Assembly (NCBI GenBank): GCA_963706955.1
Contig: CAVPOC010000006.1
Location: forward strand, 288,001-352,000
Length of the DNA stretch: 64,000 nucleotides
Direction of reading: 5' to 3'
From: an uncultured Verrucomicrobiae bacterium
GTDB lineage: Bacteria > Verrucomicrobiota > Verrucomicrobiia > Chthoniobacterales > Terrimicrobiaceae
Shown here: positions 9,116 to 17,758 of the stretch, piece after piece
How the letters are laid out: the number at the start of each line of letters is the position of its first letter
Position numbering within the stretch: position 1 is the first letter of the stretch
Translations under genes and position numbers: made by a program
The notes under the pieces: generated by a model
Database searches by the model: none
What the model saw: only the letters and a program-made list of their open reading frames with translations
Told to the model about the DNA's origin: nothing

Positions 9116-10218
9116 TAAGCTTCCGAAGTGATTTGCGTGTAAACTCGAGCGAGCTCCTGGGCGATGCGGGGAGCCGTCGGCAACTCCTCCACGAGTCCAT
9201 TCTGAGACGCGAGCAGTTCCTTTCTGAATGCATCGTCACGAATGCCTCGTCCTAAGAGAAAGCGGTATTCTTCGGGCGAGCTTGGAGTAAATAAACCGGG
9301 ATGCCTATCGCCGAGCACGGCTTCGTTCCCCTCAATGCGACTGGCGATGATCGGAATTCGACAGGCGATCGCTTGGAGCAGGGCGAGCGGCTTTCCCTCG
9401 GAATATGAGGGATGGACAACAAGATCAAGCGCCTGCAGCCACGGTGCGACTGGACGTTTGTTGCCTGGCATATGAACGATCTCTTCGAGCTTCAAATTTC
9501 GGCATAGCGATTCAAGAAAGGCTCTCTCTTTCCCCTCTCCAAAAAAGTAAGCCTCAAAGGAAAGTCCCTCGTCCCGGAGCCTTCGGAGAACCTGGAGCGT
9601 GGCGGCGTGGTTCTTAACAGCATTCAACGAGGCGATCGAGCCGATGATGAATGCGTCTGGATTTATTCCCAACTGGCTTCTCAATCCTGCTCGGTCGCCG
9701 ATCGGGAAAAACTCCGCCGGATCAATCACATTAGGAATTACTGCGGTTCGGTTCGCCGGAAGATGAAAGGTAGCAATCATATCCCGCTCCGTTTTCTCCG
9801 AGAGGGCAACCACACGATGAGCGTAATGCACCAGCCAGCGCATGATCAGCATGCGATGGGGCTTCAAGCGTTCGAAGGTCTTTTGTTGGTGAAGAATACA
9901 CCCGACGCCGGCGAGGCGGGCCGCCGGGATCGCGTAGGTGTGGCTGTTGTAGGTCTGGGAATGCACCAGCCGAATGCGTTGGCTTCGAAACCAGCGAGCG
10001 AGCCGAACCGTGCCGACCGCATTCCAGCGCTTGCCCGACGCCACCGGGAGAAGGTGCACCTCGCGACCGGCACCACGCAATTCTTTGCCGAGCACTCCGA
10101 GGTCTCTCAGGCAAAGAAAAACCGGATGGAAAGGTGCTGGAAGGTAGCGGGAAACAACCGCAGCGAAATCCTCGGCTCCGCCAACCGGCATGCTGATGAA
10201 ACTAAAAGCTACCCTCAA
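9115..10218 (-). CDS. Glycosyltransferase family 4
   Basis: GGAE N-terminal motif, IASLNAVKNH, PSYSEGKPLALLQAIAC; start uncertain (TTG 10218 chosen to avoid overlap with cysC). Confidence 0.85.
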   Translation of the reverse strand: MRVAFSFISMPVGGAEDFAAVVSRYLPAPFHPVFLCLRDLGVLGKELRGAGREVHLLPVASGKRWNAVGTVRLARWFRSQRIRLVHSQTYNSHTYAIPAARLAGVGCILHQQKTFERLKPHRMLIMRWLVHYAHRVVALSEKTERDMIATFHLPANRTAVIPNVIDPAEFFPIGDRAGLRSQLGINPDAFIIGSIASLNAVKNHAATLQVLRRLRDEGLSFEAYFFGEGKERAFLESLCRNLKLEEIVHMPGNKRPVAPWLQALDLVVHPSYSEGKPLALLQAIACRIPIIASRIEGNEAVLGDRHPGLFTPSSPEEYRFLLGRGIRDDAFRKELLASQNGLVEELPTAPRIAQELARVYTQITSEA

Positions 10219-10282
10219 TTTCCAAACGCCAAGAAGAAACGGGTCAAGAGTGGATCGATTAAATTCCGAGAGACGAGCACTC

Positions 10283-10972
10283 CTAAGCAGTCGGTTTCGA
10301 ATAGATGTGCTGATCGGTTGGAGGACCAGAAACGCCGGAATCGCTAGACAGCTCCTTCTCGCGAACGGAAAAAACCCGCTCGCGGACAACCTTCAGAACT
10401 TTGGCAATGGATTCTTCCACGCTCAAGAGATCAGTGCGCACCTCGAAATCAGGCGACTCGGGCGGTTCGTAAACCGAGGAGATCCCGGTAAAATTTGGAA
10501 TCTCATTGGCTCGCGCGCGTCGATAAAGTCCCTTGGCGTCCCGTGCCTCACAAACAGATAGCGGTGCGTTGACATAGACCTCCAGGAAGCAGCCTGCGGG
10601 CAGAAGATTGCGGGCGCGAGCTCGATCAGCGCGGAAGGGCGAGATCAGAGCTGTCAGGCAGATGAGGCCAGCGCTCGCCATCAGGCTAGAGACAACTCCA
10701 GCACGCCGGACGTTCTCGTGCCGATCTGCCGCGCCGTAACCAAGGTCGTTACAAAGACCGGCACGCAGCAGATCGCCGTCGATCAGAAATGTCCGATAGC
10801 CGAGATCGAATAACCGGCGCTCAACCGACACTGCGAGGGTGGTCTTTCCCGCCCCGCTCAGTCCGGTGAACCACACAACCAATCCGGTCTGTCCGTCCCT
10901 GGCCGCGCGCTCATCCGGCGTTACGCTCAAATGGTCGTCTGGTCGGTTTGTCAGATCTTGAGGACTCGTCAT
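10283..10972 (-). CDS. cysC: Adenylyl-sulfate (APS) kinase
   Basis: VWFTGLSGAGKTT P-loop, DGDLLRAGLCNDLG, ENVRR, ISPFRADR, and RDAKGLYRRARANEIPNFTGIS. Confidence 0.95.
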   Translation of the reverse strand: MTSPQDLTNRPDDHLSVTPDERAARDGQTGLVVWFTGLSGAGKTTLAVSVERRLFDLGYRTFLIDGDLLRAGLCNDLGYGAADRHENVRRAGVVSSLMASAGLICLTALISPFRADRARARNLLPAGCFLEVYVNAPLSVCEARDAKGLYRRARANEIPNFTGISSVYEPPESPDFEVRTDLLSVEESIAKVLKVVRERVFSVREKELSSDSGVSGPPTDQHIYSKPTA

Positions 10973-11059
10973 CCAAGTGCTTCCTATTTCAAGAGGAAAA
11001 TACGGACGCGGACAGCGTAACATGCTCTCTGCCAGTATTGCCCAAGCGAAGTTGACACC

Positions 11060-11545
11060 TCATGCCGAGGCTGGCTCCTTGAGGACGCCCCGATAGATGC
11101 CGGGCTCGGAGCCTGCAATGAGCGTGGCCCCGACCGAATTTTCAAAAAACGCCACGGGTCCGGCCCAGCCAATAATCGCATACGCATAGCCCTGGGCGCG
11201 CAGCGCCTCCAGGCTGGCGAGCAGCAAGGCTTTGCCGACATGGTGCCTGCGCCATTCCGGAACAACGCCGATCGGTCCCAGGAAATCCGGACAGATCACC
11301 CCATGGCAACTAAACCCGAGCAAGCTGCCTTCGTGCGTCGCAACCGTGCACGCGATTGGCTGGTGGCTAAAGGAGATTTCACATTCGCACGACCACCCGT
11401 CCGTGAACTGCTCGGCTACCCAGCGCGTGATGATTGTTTTTTCCGACGCCAACGCTCGACGAATCGTAACGCCGCTTTCGGCGAGTTGTTCCAAAAGCGG
11501 CGCGCTCGAGGGTAGATCGTAAAGTTTGACGAGCAGGTCGGACAT
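11060..11545 (-). CDS. GNAT family N-acetyltransferase
   Basis: GPIGVVPEWRRHHVGKALL acetyl-CoA motif A; GYAYAIIG; DLLVKLYDLP N-terminus. Confidence 0.85.
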   Translation of the reverse strand: MSDLLVKLYDLPSSAPLLEQLAESGVTIRRALASEKTIITRWVAEQFTDGWSCECEISFSHQPIACTVATHEGSLLGFSCHGVICPDFLGPIGVVPEWRRHHVGKALLLASLEALRAQGYAYAIIGWAGPVAFFENSVGATLIAGSEPGIYRGVLKEPASA

Positions 11546-12318
11546 CAGCGTTTGACGAGAACCTTCACGTCGAAGGCATACTCCATTCGAGTTCCTGCCG
11601 GTCGCGCACGCATGCGGCCAACGGCACCCAGCGGATCGTCTTCACCCCAGTAGAGATCAATTTGGAGAGGATGTAAACCTCCGCCAGTATCTTCAACCCG
11701 CCACTCGCTGCTTCCGGTCACCTCCTCGACGGTGGGCGACTGAATGCGGAGCATTTGTCCGCGTCGAAGAAAGGGATTTTTTTTCGAGACAGCGCAAGAA
11801 ACCCGCGGAACCAGGACGTTCCCACGATTGCCCAAAGCGGCCTTGGCAAACTGATAACGACCGCCTCCCACGTATTGAAGGTAGGCCCGGCCGTTAACCA
11901 GCTCGCTCAGTCGGCCAAAGCCTTCGCGCTTTACCGCTTCGAGAAAGGCAGCTGGATACTTTCGCCCCTTCAGACCCGGCGCGGAGATCCCGGTATCGTC
12001 AAAGCCTCGTTCGGCGGTGAAACCCGACTCGCGCGGCGTGTAGTAGAGCGTGCAGTAGTAGACTCGATATGCTTTCCCGTCGGCGGTCTCTTCGGTTGGT
12101 GCTGTCTCGAGCAGGCGCCGGAGGTCATTGCGCATCTGATTGCGAAAGGCTCGCAGCTCGCTGTCACTCATCGAATCGGTGGCGAATTGGGGCTCAGCGC
12201 TCACTGCGCATATGGTCAGTGCGAAAGCGAAAAGACTGCCAAGCCAGTGATTGCACACGAAGGTCTCGACCGGCCCTGCTTGTCTCGTGATCACGGATTT
12301 TTCAGCGTGCTTTTGCAT
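11545..12318 (-). CDS. Exported protein with a 3D (MltA-like, Asp-Asp-Asp) domain; putative lytic transglycosylase
   Basis: CTLYYTP...CAVS...VEDTGGGLHPLQIDLYWG matches the 3D-domain pattern; hydrophobic signal segment near the N-terminus. Confidence 0.6.
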   Translation of the reverse strand: MQKHAEKSVITRQAGPVETFVCNHWLGSLFAFALTICAVSAEPQFATDSMSDSELRAFRNQMRNDLRRLLETAPTEETADGKAYRVYYCTLYYTPRESGFTAERGFDDTGISAPGLKGRKYPAAFLEAVKREGFGRLSELVNGRAYLQYVGGGRYQFAKAALGNRGNVLVPRVSCAVSKKNPFLRRGQMLRIQSPTVEEVTGSSEWRVEDTGGGLHPLQIDLYWGEDDPLGAVGRMRARPAGTRMEYAFDVKVLVKR

Positions 12319-12323
12319 TGTCC

Positions 12324-13415
12324 CTAAGAAATGAACAACGAGTCGACCGGACCGCCGATAAGAACTTCAATCGGCAAGCGTTTGTACTCATATTCGTAGG
12401 GAGGCGGTTTCCACTCAAATTTGGCGGCATAGCTCGCCTGTGTATACCTGATAATCTCGACGCCCGTGCGGAAAGGAAGGAAACGGTCGCGATCTGTGAT
12501 ATGAAGCTGCGCCCCGGCACATGTCTCCCCCGCATACTTGTGAAAGGTAGGCAGGAAGTAAGCTTCACGAAAATAGACACCGGGTAATGCGAGTGCGTTC
12601 AACCCGGCTGCAAATTCCTCGCCGCGGATCCAAGGAGCGCCGAAAAGCTCGAACGGCCGACTGGTGCCGCGACCCTCGGAGATGTTGGTTGCCTCCAGCA
12701 GGCACATGCCAGCATAGACTGTTGCCGTTTCGAGCGTCGGCATATTCGGAGACGGCAGCACCCAGGGCAGCCCTGTTTGGTCGAACCACATCGAGCGTTT
12801 CCAACCTTCCATCGGTAACACCTCCAATTTGCATTCCGGGAATGCTTCGTCTCGAAACTGGATTGCTAGTTCTCCGATCGTTTTTCCATGTCGAACCGAT
12901 ATCGGATGAAGTCCGACAAAGGACCGATAAGAGGTATCTGGTAATGCTCCCTCGATGGTGGTGCCATTGATCGGATTTGGTCGGTCGCAAACCAGGACCG
13001 GGATTCCGCGGCCGCTACAAGCTTTCATGCACAAGTACATCGTCCAGATAAACGTGTAATAGCGCGTCCCGATGTCCTGCATGTCAATGAACAGGGCATC
13101 TAGTCCCCGGAGCATACCGTCGGTCGGCTCGCGGTTTTCGCCGTAAAGGCTGTGCACCGGGATACCTAAACGCGGGTGCCTGTAACCTTCCCATTCGATC
13201 ATGTTATCCTGCGTCTGTCCCAAGTAGCCGTGCTGGGGACCAAACAACGCAGCTAACCGAAACAGCCTTGGGCTGAGGCTTTCGAGGATTCGCGAAGAAT
13301 GCGCAAGTGTGGCCGAAACGGATGCCGGATGAAGCACCGCGCCGATCCTGGTCCCGCGCAGATTGCGGGGCCAGAGTTCAGGCAGACGATCGATGGGAAG
13401 TCGCACCGCATTCAT
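12324..13415 (-). CDS. namZ: DUF1343 family exo-beta-N-acetylmuramidase (NamZ-like)
   Basis: ALFGPQHG, SLYG, DMQDIGTRYYTFIWTM, DRPNPING, PSPNMPT and EATNISEGRGTSRPFE; start ATG 13415. Confidence 0.9.
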   Translation of the reverse strand: MNAVRLPIDRLPELWPRNLRGTRIGAVLHPASVSATLAHSSRILESLSPRLFRLAALFGPQHGYLGQTQDNMIEWEGYRHPRLGIPVHSLYGENREPTDGMLRGLDALFIDMQDIGTRYYTFIWTMYLCMKACSGRGIPVLVCDRPNPINGTTIEGALPDTSYRSFVGLHPISVRHGKTIGELAIQFRDEAFPECKLEVLPMEGWKRSMWFDQTGLPWVLPSPNMPTLETATVYAGMCLLEATNISEGRGTSRPFELFGAPWIRGEEFAAGLNALALPGVYFREAYFLPTFHKYAGETCAGAQLHITDRDRFLPFRTGVEIIRYTQASYAAKFEWKPPPYEYEYKRLPIEVLIGGPVDSLFIS

Positions 13416-13447
13416 CCATTTGAAAGTTTCACGGGGCCGCTCGACTG

Positions 13448-14227
13448 CTAGGCCCCGCCACGTGAGTGGATGATCTGTCCGTTGATCCATTCCGCCTCTG
13501 GGGAAGCCAAGAACCGGACAATCCGAGCCGCATCCTCCGGCGAGCCGATTCGCCCCATCGGTGACTCGGCCTTCCATTTGGCCTTAAGTTCCGCGGGAAT
13601 CCAGCCCGTATCCGTCGCGCCTGGATCGACCGCGTTTACGGTGATTCCGAGGCTCGCAATCGCTGCGCTGAGGCTCCGTGTGAAGGCATCCACGGCGCCC
13701 TTCGTCGCCGCATAGGCCAACTCACCCGGCATCGGCGCGAGTCCTTGTCCCGACGAGAGATTGATGATCCGTCCATGCACGCCTTGGGTGCGAATCGCCC
13801 GGAAGCGTCGCACGAATTCGGCACACAACAATGCCATCGCTCGAACATTGACAACGTAATGCTGGTCGATGTGTTCTGGACTGAGCGTTTCAATGCCATC
13901 GCGCAGCGAACACGTGGCATTGTTTACCAGGATGGAAATCTGTCCGCAGCGGGCCTCGGCGCAGTCAAACAGCTCCTCCGCCGCCTTCGGATCGGAAAGA
14001 TCCAATTCAAGACCTTCGGCGCGGATGTTCCAGGCACGCAGGTCATCGAGAATTTTTTGCGGCTCATCAGGATCGCCCGGAAGTCCGACCGAACGATCGT
14101 AGGGGCGATAGTAAGTAATAAAGACATTGGCGCCATCTCGAGCCAGGGCTCGAGCGATCGCGGCACCTATTCCTGCTTGCCGACTGACGCCCGTGATGAG
14201 GGCGGAACGACGAATGGGCGGATCCAT
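13448..14227 (-). CDS. SDR family oxidoreductase
   Basis: ITGVSRQAGIG, LVNNA, YAATK catalytic motif, and VNAVDPGATDTGW. Confidence 0.92.
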   Translation of the reverse strand: MDPPIRRSALITGVSRQAGIGAAIARALARDGANVFITYYRPYDRSVGLPGDPDEPQKILDDLRAWNIRAEGLELDLSDPKAAEELFDCAEARCGQISILVNNATCSLRDGIETLSPEHIDQHYVVNVRAMALLCAEFVRRFRAIRTQGVHGRIINLSSGQGLAPMPGELAYAATKGAVDAFTRSLSAAIASLGITVNAVDPGATDTGWIPAELKAKWKAESPMGRIGSPEDAARIVRFLASPEAEWINGQIIHSRGGA

Positions 14228-14259
14228 CCCGATCCCAGCGTCTTACCAACGGGGAAGGC

Positions 14260-14643
14260 TCAAACCGCCTGCGACTTGCGCTTGTGGATCGTGATGCCGT
14301 TCCCGTCGGGATCCGTGATGAGAGCAAAGTCACAGACCGGAGTTTCAATATGATCGGCAACAAAGGTCACCCCAGCTTGTCTTAGTTCGGAAACTGTCGC
14401 GTCTAAATCCGGCACCTCGAACGCCACACTCGGTCCGCTTGCTCCGGACGGCTCCCACGCGTTTGATATGGCGAGCGTCATATTGCCCAACTCATATTCG
14501 ATCCATTGCTTCCCCGGCATGCCGTCGATTTCACTGTCAATGTCGCCAGGGGAAAGGCCGAGGACGTTCTCATAAAAATTTCTGGCGCGAGGAATGTCTG
14601 AGACAGGGTAGGCGACAAACGCGACTTCGGTGATTCGTATCAT
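14260..14643 (-). CDS. VOC/glyoxalase family protein
   Basis: YPVSDIPRARNFYENVLGL, VAFEVPDLD and DPDGN motifs. Confidence 0.9.
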   Translation of the reverse strand: MIRITEVAFVAYPVSDIPRARNFYENVLGLSPGDIDSEIDGMPGKQWIEYELGNMTLAISNAWEPSGASGPSVAFEVPDLDATVSELRQAGVTFVADHIETPVCDFALITDPDGNGITIHKRKSQAV

Positions 14644-14749
14644 AGGATCTGGTTAGCTTTTCGAGAGCAAACGTCTTCTGAAAGTAGCGATCAGGCAACT
14701 CAGTTAATTTCGCCAGGCCAGCGGGGAGTCTGCGGGCGCCGTTAACCTC

Positions 14750-16879
14750 TCAATTACTTGATTTTGGTAATTTTTTTGGCACACGGCGTTTCCATTCCAC
14801 TTCAGCGGATGATTCTCGATCAAATAAGTCCCGGGCGATCGCCTTAAACTCGAGCTCAGATGCCGAGGGGATTGCGTCGCGGGTAGGGAAAATCTGATAG
14901 GGAGGCGAATCAGCTGTGCCAAGAAATTGGTAGTCGGCGGACCCTTTGGCCCGGACGCCAAAGGCGATTGCAACCACTTGATCTTTGCCAGGATCGGCTT
15001 GGATCTGCCACCGATCATCGATCTCGCTGGTTCGGTTTACGGTGACTTGAAGTTGTGGAGCAGCTTCTGAACGCGGTGCGATTGGCCGCGAGTTTCGGAG
15101 CACTGTAACCGACAAGGGAGGAAGCTCGACGGAAAGCTTACCCTCCTGGAGTGCCTCAAAACGAACTCCCTCCTTGGCAGATGCAAAGAGCGGTTCCCAA
15201 TGGTCGGATGTGGAAAGGGTTTGAATCTCAGCTGTGGCTCGCTCGGGGGAATTGTTCAAGACAACCAAAATCTCGTTCGGATTGTTTCGGTCGATTCGCG
15301 ACACCGCGAAGATGCCCGGTTGCTCGGCAGCATAGCGCACCATCTGAATTCCACTTTGCAAGGCTTGATGTTGTTGCCGGACGGAGATCATCTCCCGAAT
15401 GGCTCTAAAGAGCGGATGGTCCTCGTTGAACGCTGGCTCCGCTCCGTTGCCGCCGCCCAGTCTCTTCTCCTCGACGAAATCCGCTACCTTGGAGCCGAAC
15501 ATGTCTTGTCGAGCTGCGGCATCGCCTCCCTTCCCGATGAATCCCTGTTCGTCTCCATAATAGATTACCGGTATGCCGCGAGTAAAGAGAAGCAGAGCAT
15601 GAGCGAGGATATCTCGTGCGAGCAATTCGTCGTCGGAAGCCGTTGGTAGCTCCTTTGCCAGGAGGTAAGCGATTCTGCCGACATCATGATTGCCTAGGAA
15701 GGTGACCAATCCATAAGCGTTCGTGTGCGGCGTGGTATAATAGCCATCCTTGGCGAAGAACTCCGCAAGCTTACTCGGCGCGGCAAGCCCGGTGGCAAAC
15801 TTAAGCGCCGCTGCCGCGAATCCAAAGTCCAAGATCGATGGCATGCTCGCGCGATGCACAAACTCCGAAAGCAGTGCTGGATCTGGATCGTAGACTTCAC
15901 CGAAGATGAAAAAGTCCTTTCGCGATGATTGCGCGGCTTGTGCTTGCATTGCAGGCACGAAGCGATTCCAGAACTCGTTGTTGACGTGCTTAGCCGTGTC
16001 GAGGCGAAAACCGGAAATGGCAAAGTTCGCAATCCAATCGTCGTAGATGTCGATCATTCCCTGGACCACCCGAGGTTGTTCTGTGAAGAGATCATCAAGA
16101 CCAGCGACGTCTCCATACAGCGCGCTCTCGCCGCCGCTTTGTATTTCGCCTCGATTGTGATACGCGGTCGGATCGTTTAACCATGCCGGGACTTTGATCT
16201 CGCGGTCCTGCTCGCTTCGGATCATGGGCGCAATGGGAAATCCACTAGCGTCAACTAGCTTTGGGAAATCGGGACGATCGATGTAGTCGCGGTCGTCGAA
16301 AGGATTCCCATTGGCATCGACGTATGGCTTCGAAAACTTGTATTGGTAACCGGAGGCGCCATCTTTAGGTTCGATGACGTCCGCGGTATGATTGACGACG
16401 ATATCGAGGATAATTTCGATTCCGCGTTGGTTTGCTTTGGCAACAAGTTCTTCCAGCTCCGCTTTGGTGCCGAAGTGGGGATCAATTTCCGTGAAATCAA
16501 GGATCCAGTATCCATGGTATCCTGTTCTGACTGGCTTTCCCTCTTCGAAGGATTGGACGGCGCGATTGCGGAAAATTGGGGTCGTCCAAATGGAGGTGAT
16601 TCCCAGGTGATGAAGGTAGTCCAATTTAGCTTGGATGCCGGCAAGGTCGCCACCATGGAAGGAATACATCCCGGCGGGGTCAAATCCGCTTTCTCCCACC
16701 CCACCAGAGATTCCACCGGCATCGTTCTCCGCGTTGCCATTGGCAAAACGGTCGGGCATGAGAAAGTAGATTACTTCTTGCTGGCGCGGTGATCTGACAC
16801 TGTGCTGAAAAAAACTCTCCTCGGCGAATGCTCCCGAGGCGAGCAACAGGCATGCGATGCAAAAAAGGCTGCTTCTCAT
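14750..16879 (-). CDS. Secreted GH13 alpha-amylase family glycoside hydrolase
   Basis: Signal peptide; YFLMPDRFANG, GGDLAGI, YHGYW, DIVVNHT, FRLDTAKH (Asp nucleophile), GEVYD, and FLGNHD. Confidence 0.93.
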   Translation of the reverse strand: MRSSLFCIACLLLASGAFAEESFFQHSVRSPRQQEVIYFLMPDRFANGNAENDAGGISGGVGESGFDPAGMYSFHGGDLAGIQAKLDYLHHLGITSIWTTPIFRNRAVQSFEEGKPVRTGYHGYWILDFTEIDPHFGTKAELEELVAKANQRGIEIILDIVVNHTADVIEPKDGASGYQYKFSKPYVDANGNPFDDRDYIDRPDFPKLVDASGFPIAPMIRSEQDREIKVPAWLNDPTAYHNRGEIQSGGESALYGDVAGLDDLFTEQPRVVQGMIDIYDDWIANFAISGFRLDTAKHVNNEFWNRFVPAMQAQAAQSSRKDFFIFGEVYDPDPALLSEFVHRASMPSILDFGFAAAALKFATGLAAPSKLAEFFAKDGYYTTPHTNAYGLVTFLGNHDVGRIAYLLAKELPTASDDELLARDILAHALLLFTRGIPVIYYGDEQGFIGKGGDAAARQDMFGSKVADFVEEKRLGGGNGAEPAFNEDHPLFRAIREMISVRQQHQALQSGIQMVRYAAEQPGIFAVSRIDRNNPNEILVVLNNSPERATAEIQTLSTSDHWEPLFASAKEGVRFEALQEGKLSVELPPLSVTVLRNSRPIAPRSEAAPQLQVTVNRTSEIDDRWQIQADPGKDQVVAIAFGVRAKGSADYQFLGTADSPPYQIFPTRDAIPSASELEFKAIARDLFDRESSAEVEWKRRVPKKLPKSSN

Positions 16880-16947
16880 CCGGGTGGTCCTGCGCGCAAA
16901 TCAAGGCTCCTGTCGAAGATTGTTGGGCAGAACGAGAAAAAAGCAAT

Positions 16948-17292
16948 CTAGCGCAGGAGAACTCCGGCAACGAGGGAGAGAACTACAAGAGCAGTCGACC
17001 AGCGGATCTTCCTGACCAGGAAGAGCAGTTCGGGCTTTTCCGCCAGCCACGGTGGCGTTTTAAACAGCACATCGCAGACAAGCCCCAGCTGCGCAACCAT
17101 GCCCTGCGCCCAGTTTGCGTTATCAGGAACGTAAAACATCCCCACAGGTCGGCGGAGAGCCACCCATTCTTCTTTGTGATTCTCATGCAACATCCTGACA
17201 AGCCGATCTATGGTCAGGCAGTAGAACAGGAGCGAAGCCAGTCCTACCGCGCTTGAGAAGCCGAGGATTCCCTCAACGGTGGCGGTATTCAC
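16948..17292 (-). CDS. Small hypothetical membrane protein
   Basis: 114-aa ORF (GTG start) with hydrophobic N- and C-terminal helices, co-oriented with neighbours. Confidence 0.6.
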   Translation of the reverse strand: MNTATVEGILGFSSAVGLASLLFYCLTIDRLVRMLHENHKEEWVALRRPVGMFYVPDNANWAQGMVAQLGLVCDVLFKTPPWLAEKPELLFLVRKIRWSTALVVLSLVAGVLLR

Positions 17293-17310
17293 GTTAGCCT
17301 GCTAAGACTC

Positions 17311-17461
17311 AACCACAGAGGACACAGAGATCACTGAGGAAGGTCATGAAGGCGCGCTTGGGGCTCTCGAACATTAAGGCTCTCTACGCCGATCGCCCAC
17401 CCGAGAAGATTCACCAGTCTCCTTGTGAGGAAGCTCCGTGTTCTCTGTGTCCTCCGTGGTT
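17311..17461. repeat. 28-bp imperfect inverted-repeat pair of the ACCACAGAG-NN-CACAGAG type (REP/MITE-like)
   Basis: 17311-17338 AACCACAGAGGACACAGAGATCACTGAG versus reverse complement of 17434-17461 AACCACGGAGGACACAGAGAACACGGAG (25/28 identical). Confidence 0.85.
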
Positions 17462-17758
17462 AATGTTTCGTCTGGCATCCTTTCCCGAGCCAAAGCCGAC
17501 CATGCTACCGCCCTTGGTGGGGGAGCAGGTCGCCGAACCTGTCCGGAACCAAGTCCGGGAGTGAGGGTGGAAGCCGACCACGAATGCCGATCTGCTGGCA
17601 AATGACAACCCAAAGAACATCTCATCGCAAGCTCCGCAATGTGCGGTAATGCGATCGCGCCTTGCTGACGACAGCGCTCCCACGGCTTGGATCTCTTGGG
17701 AGACGAGCCCCATTGCGGTCGAGCGTTCTTGCGCGGCGATGTTCGCTCGAGCTGTCAG

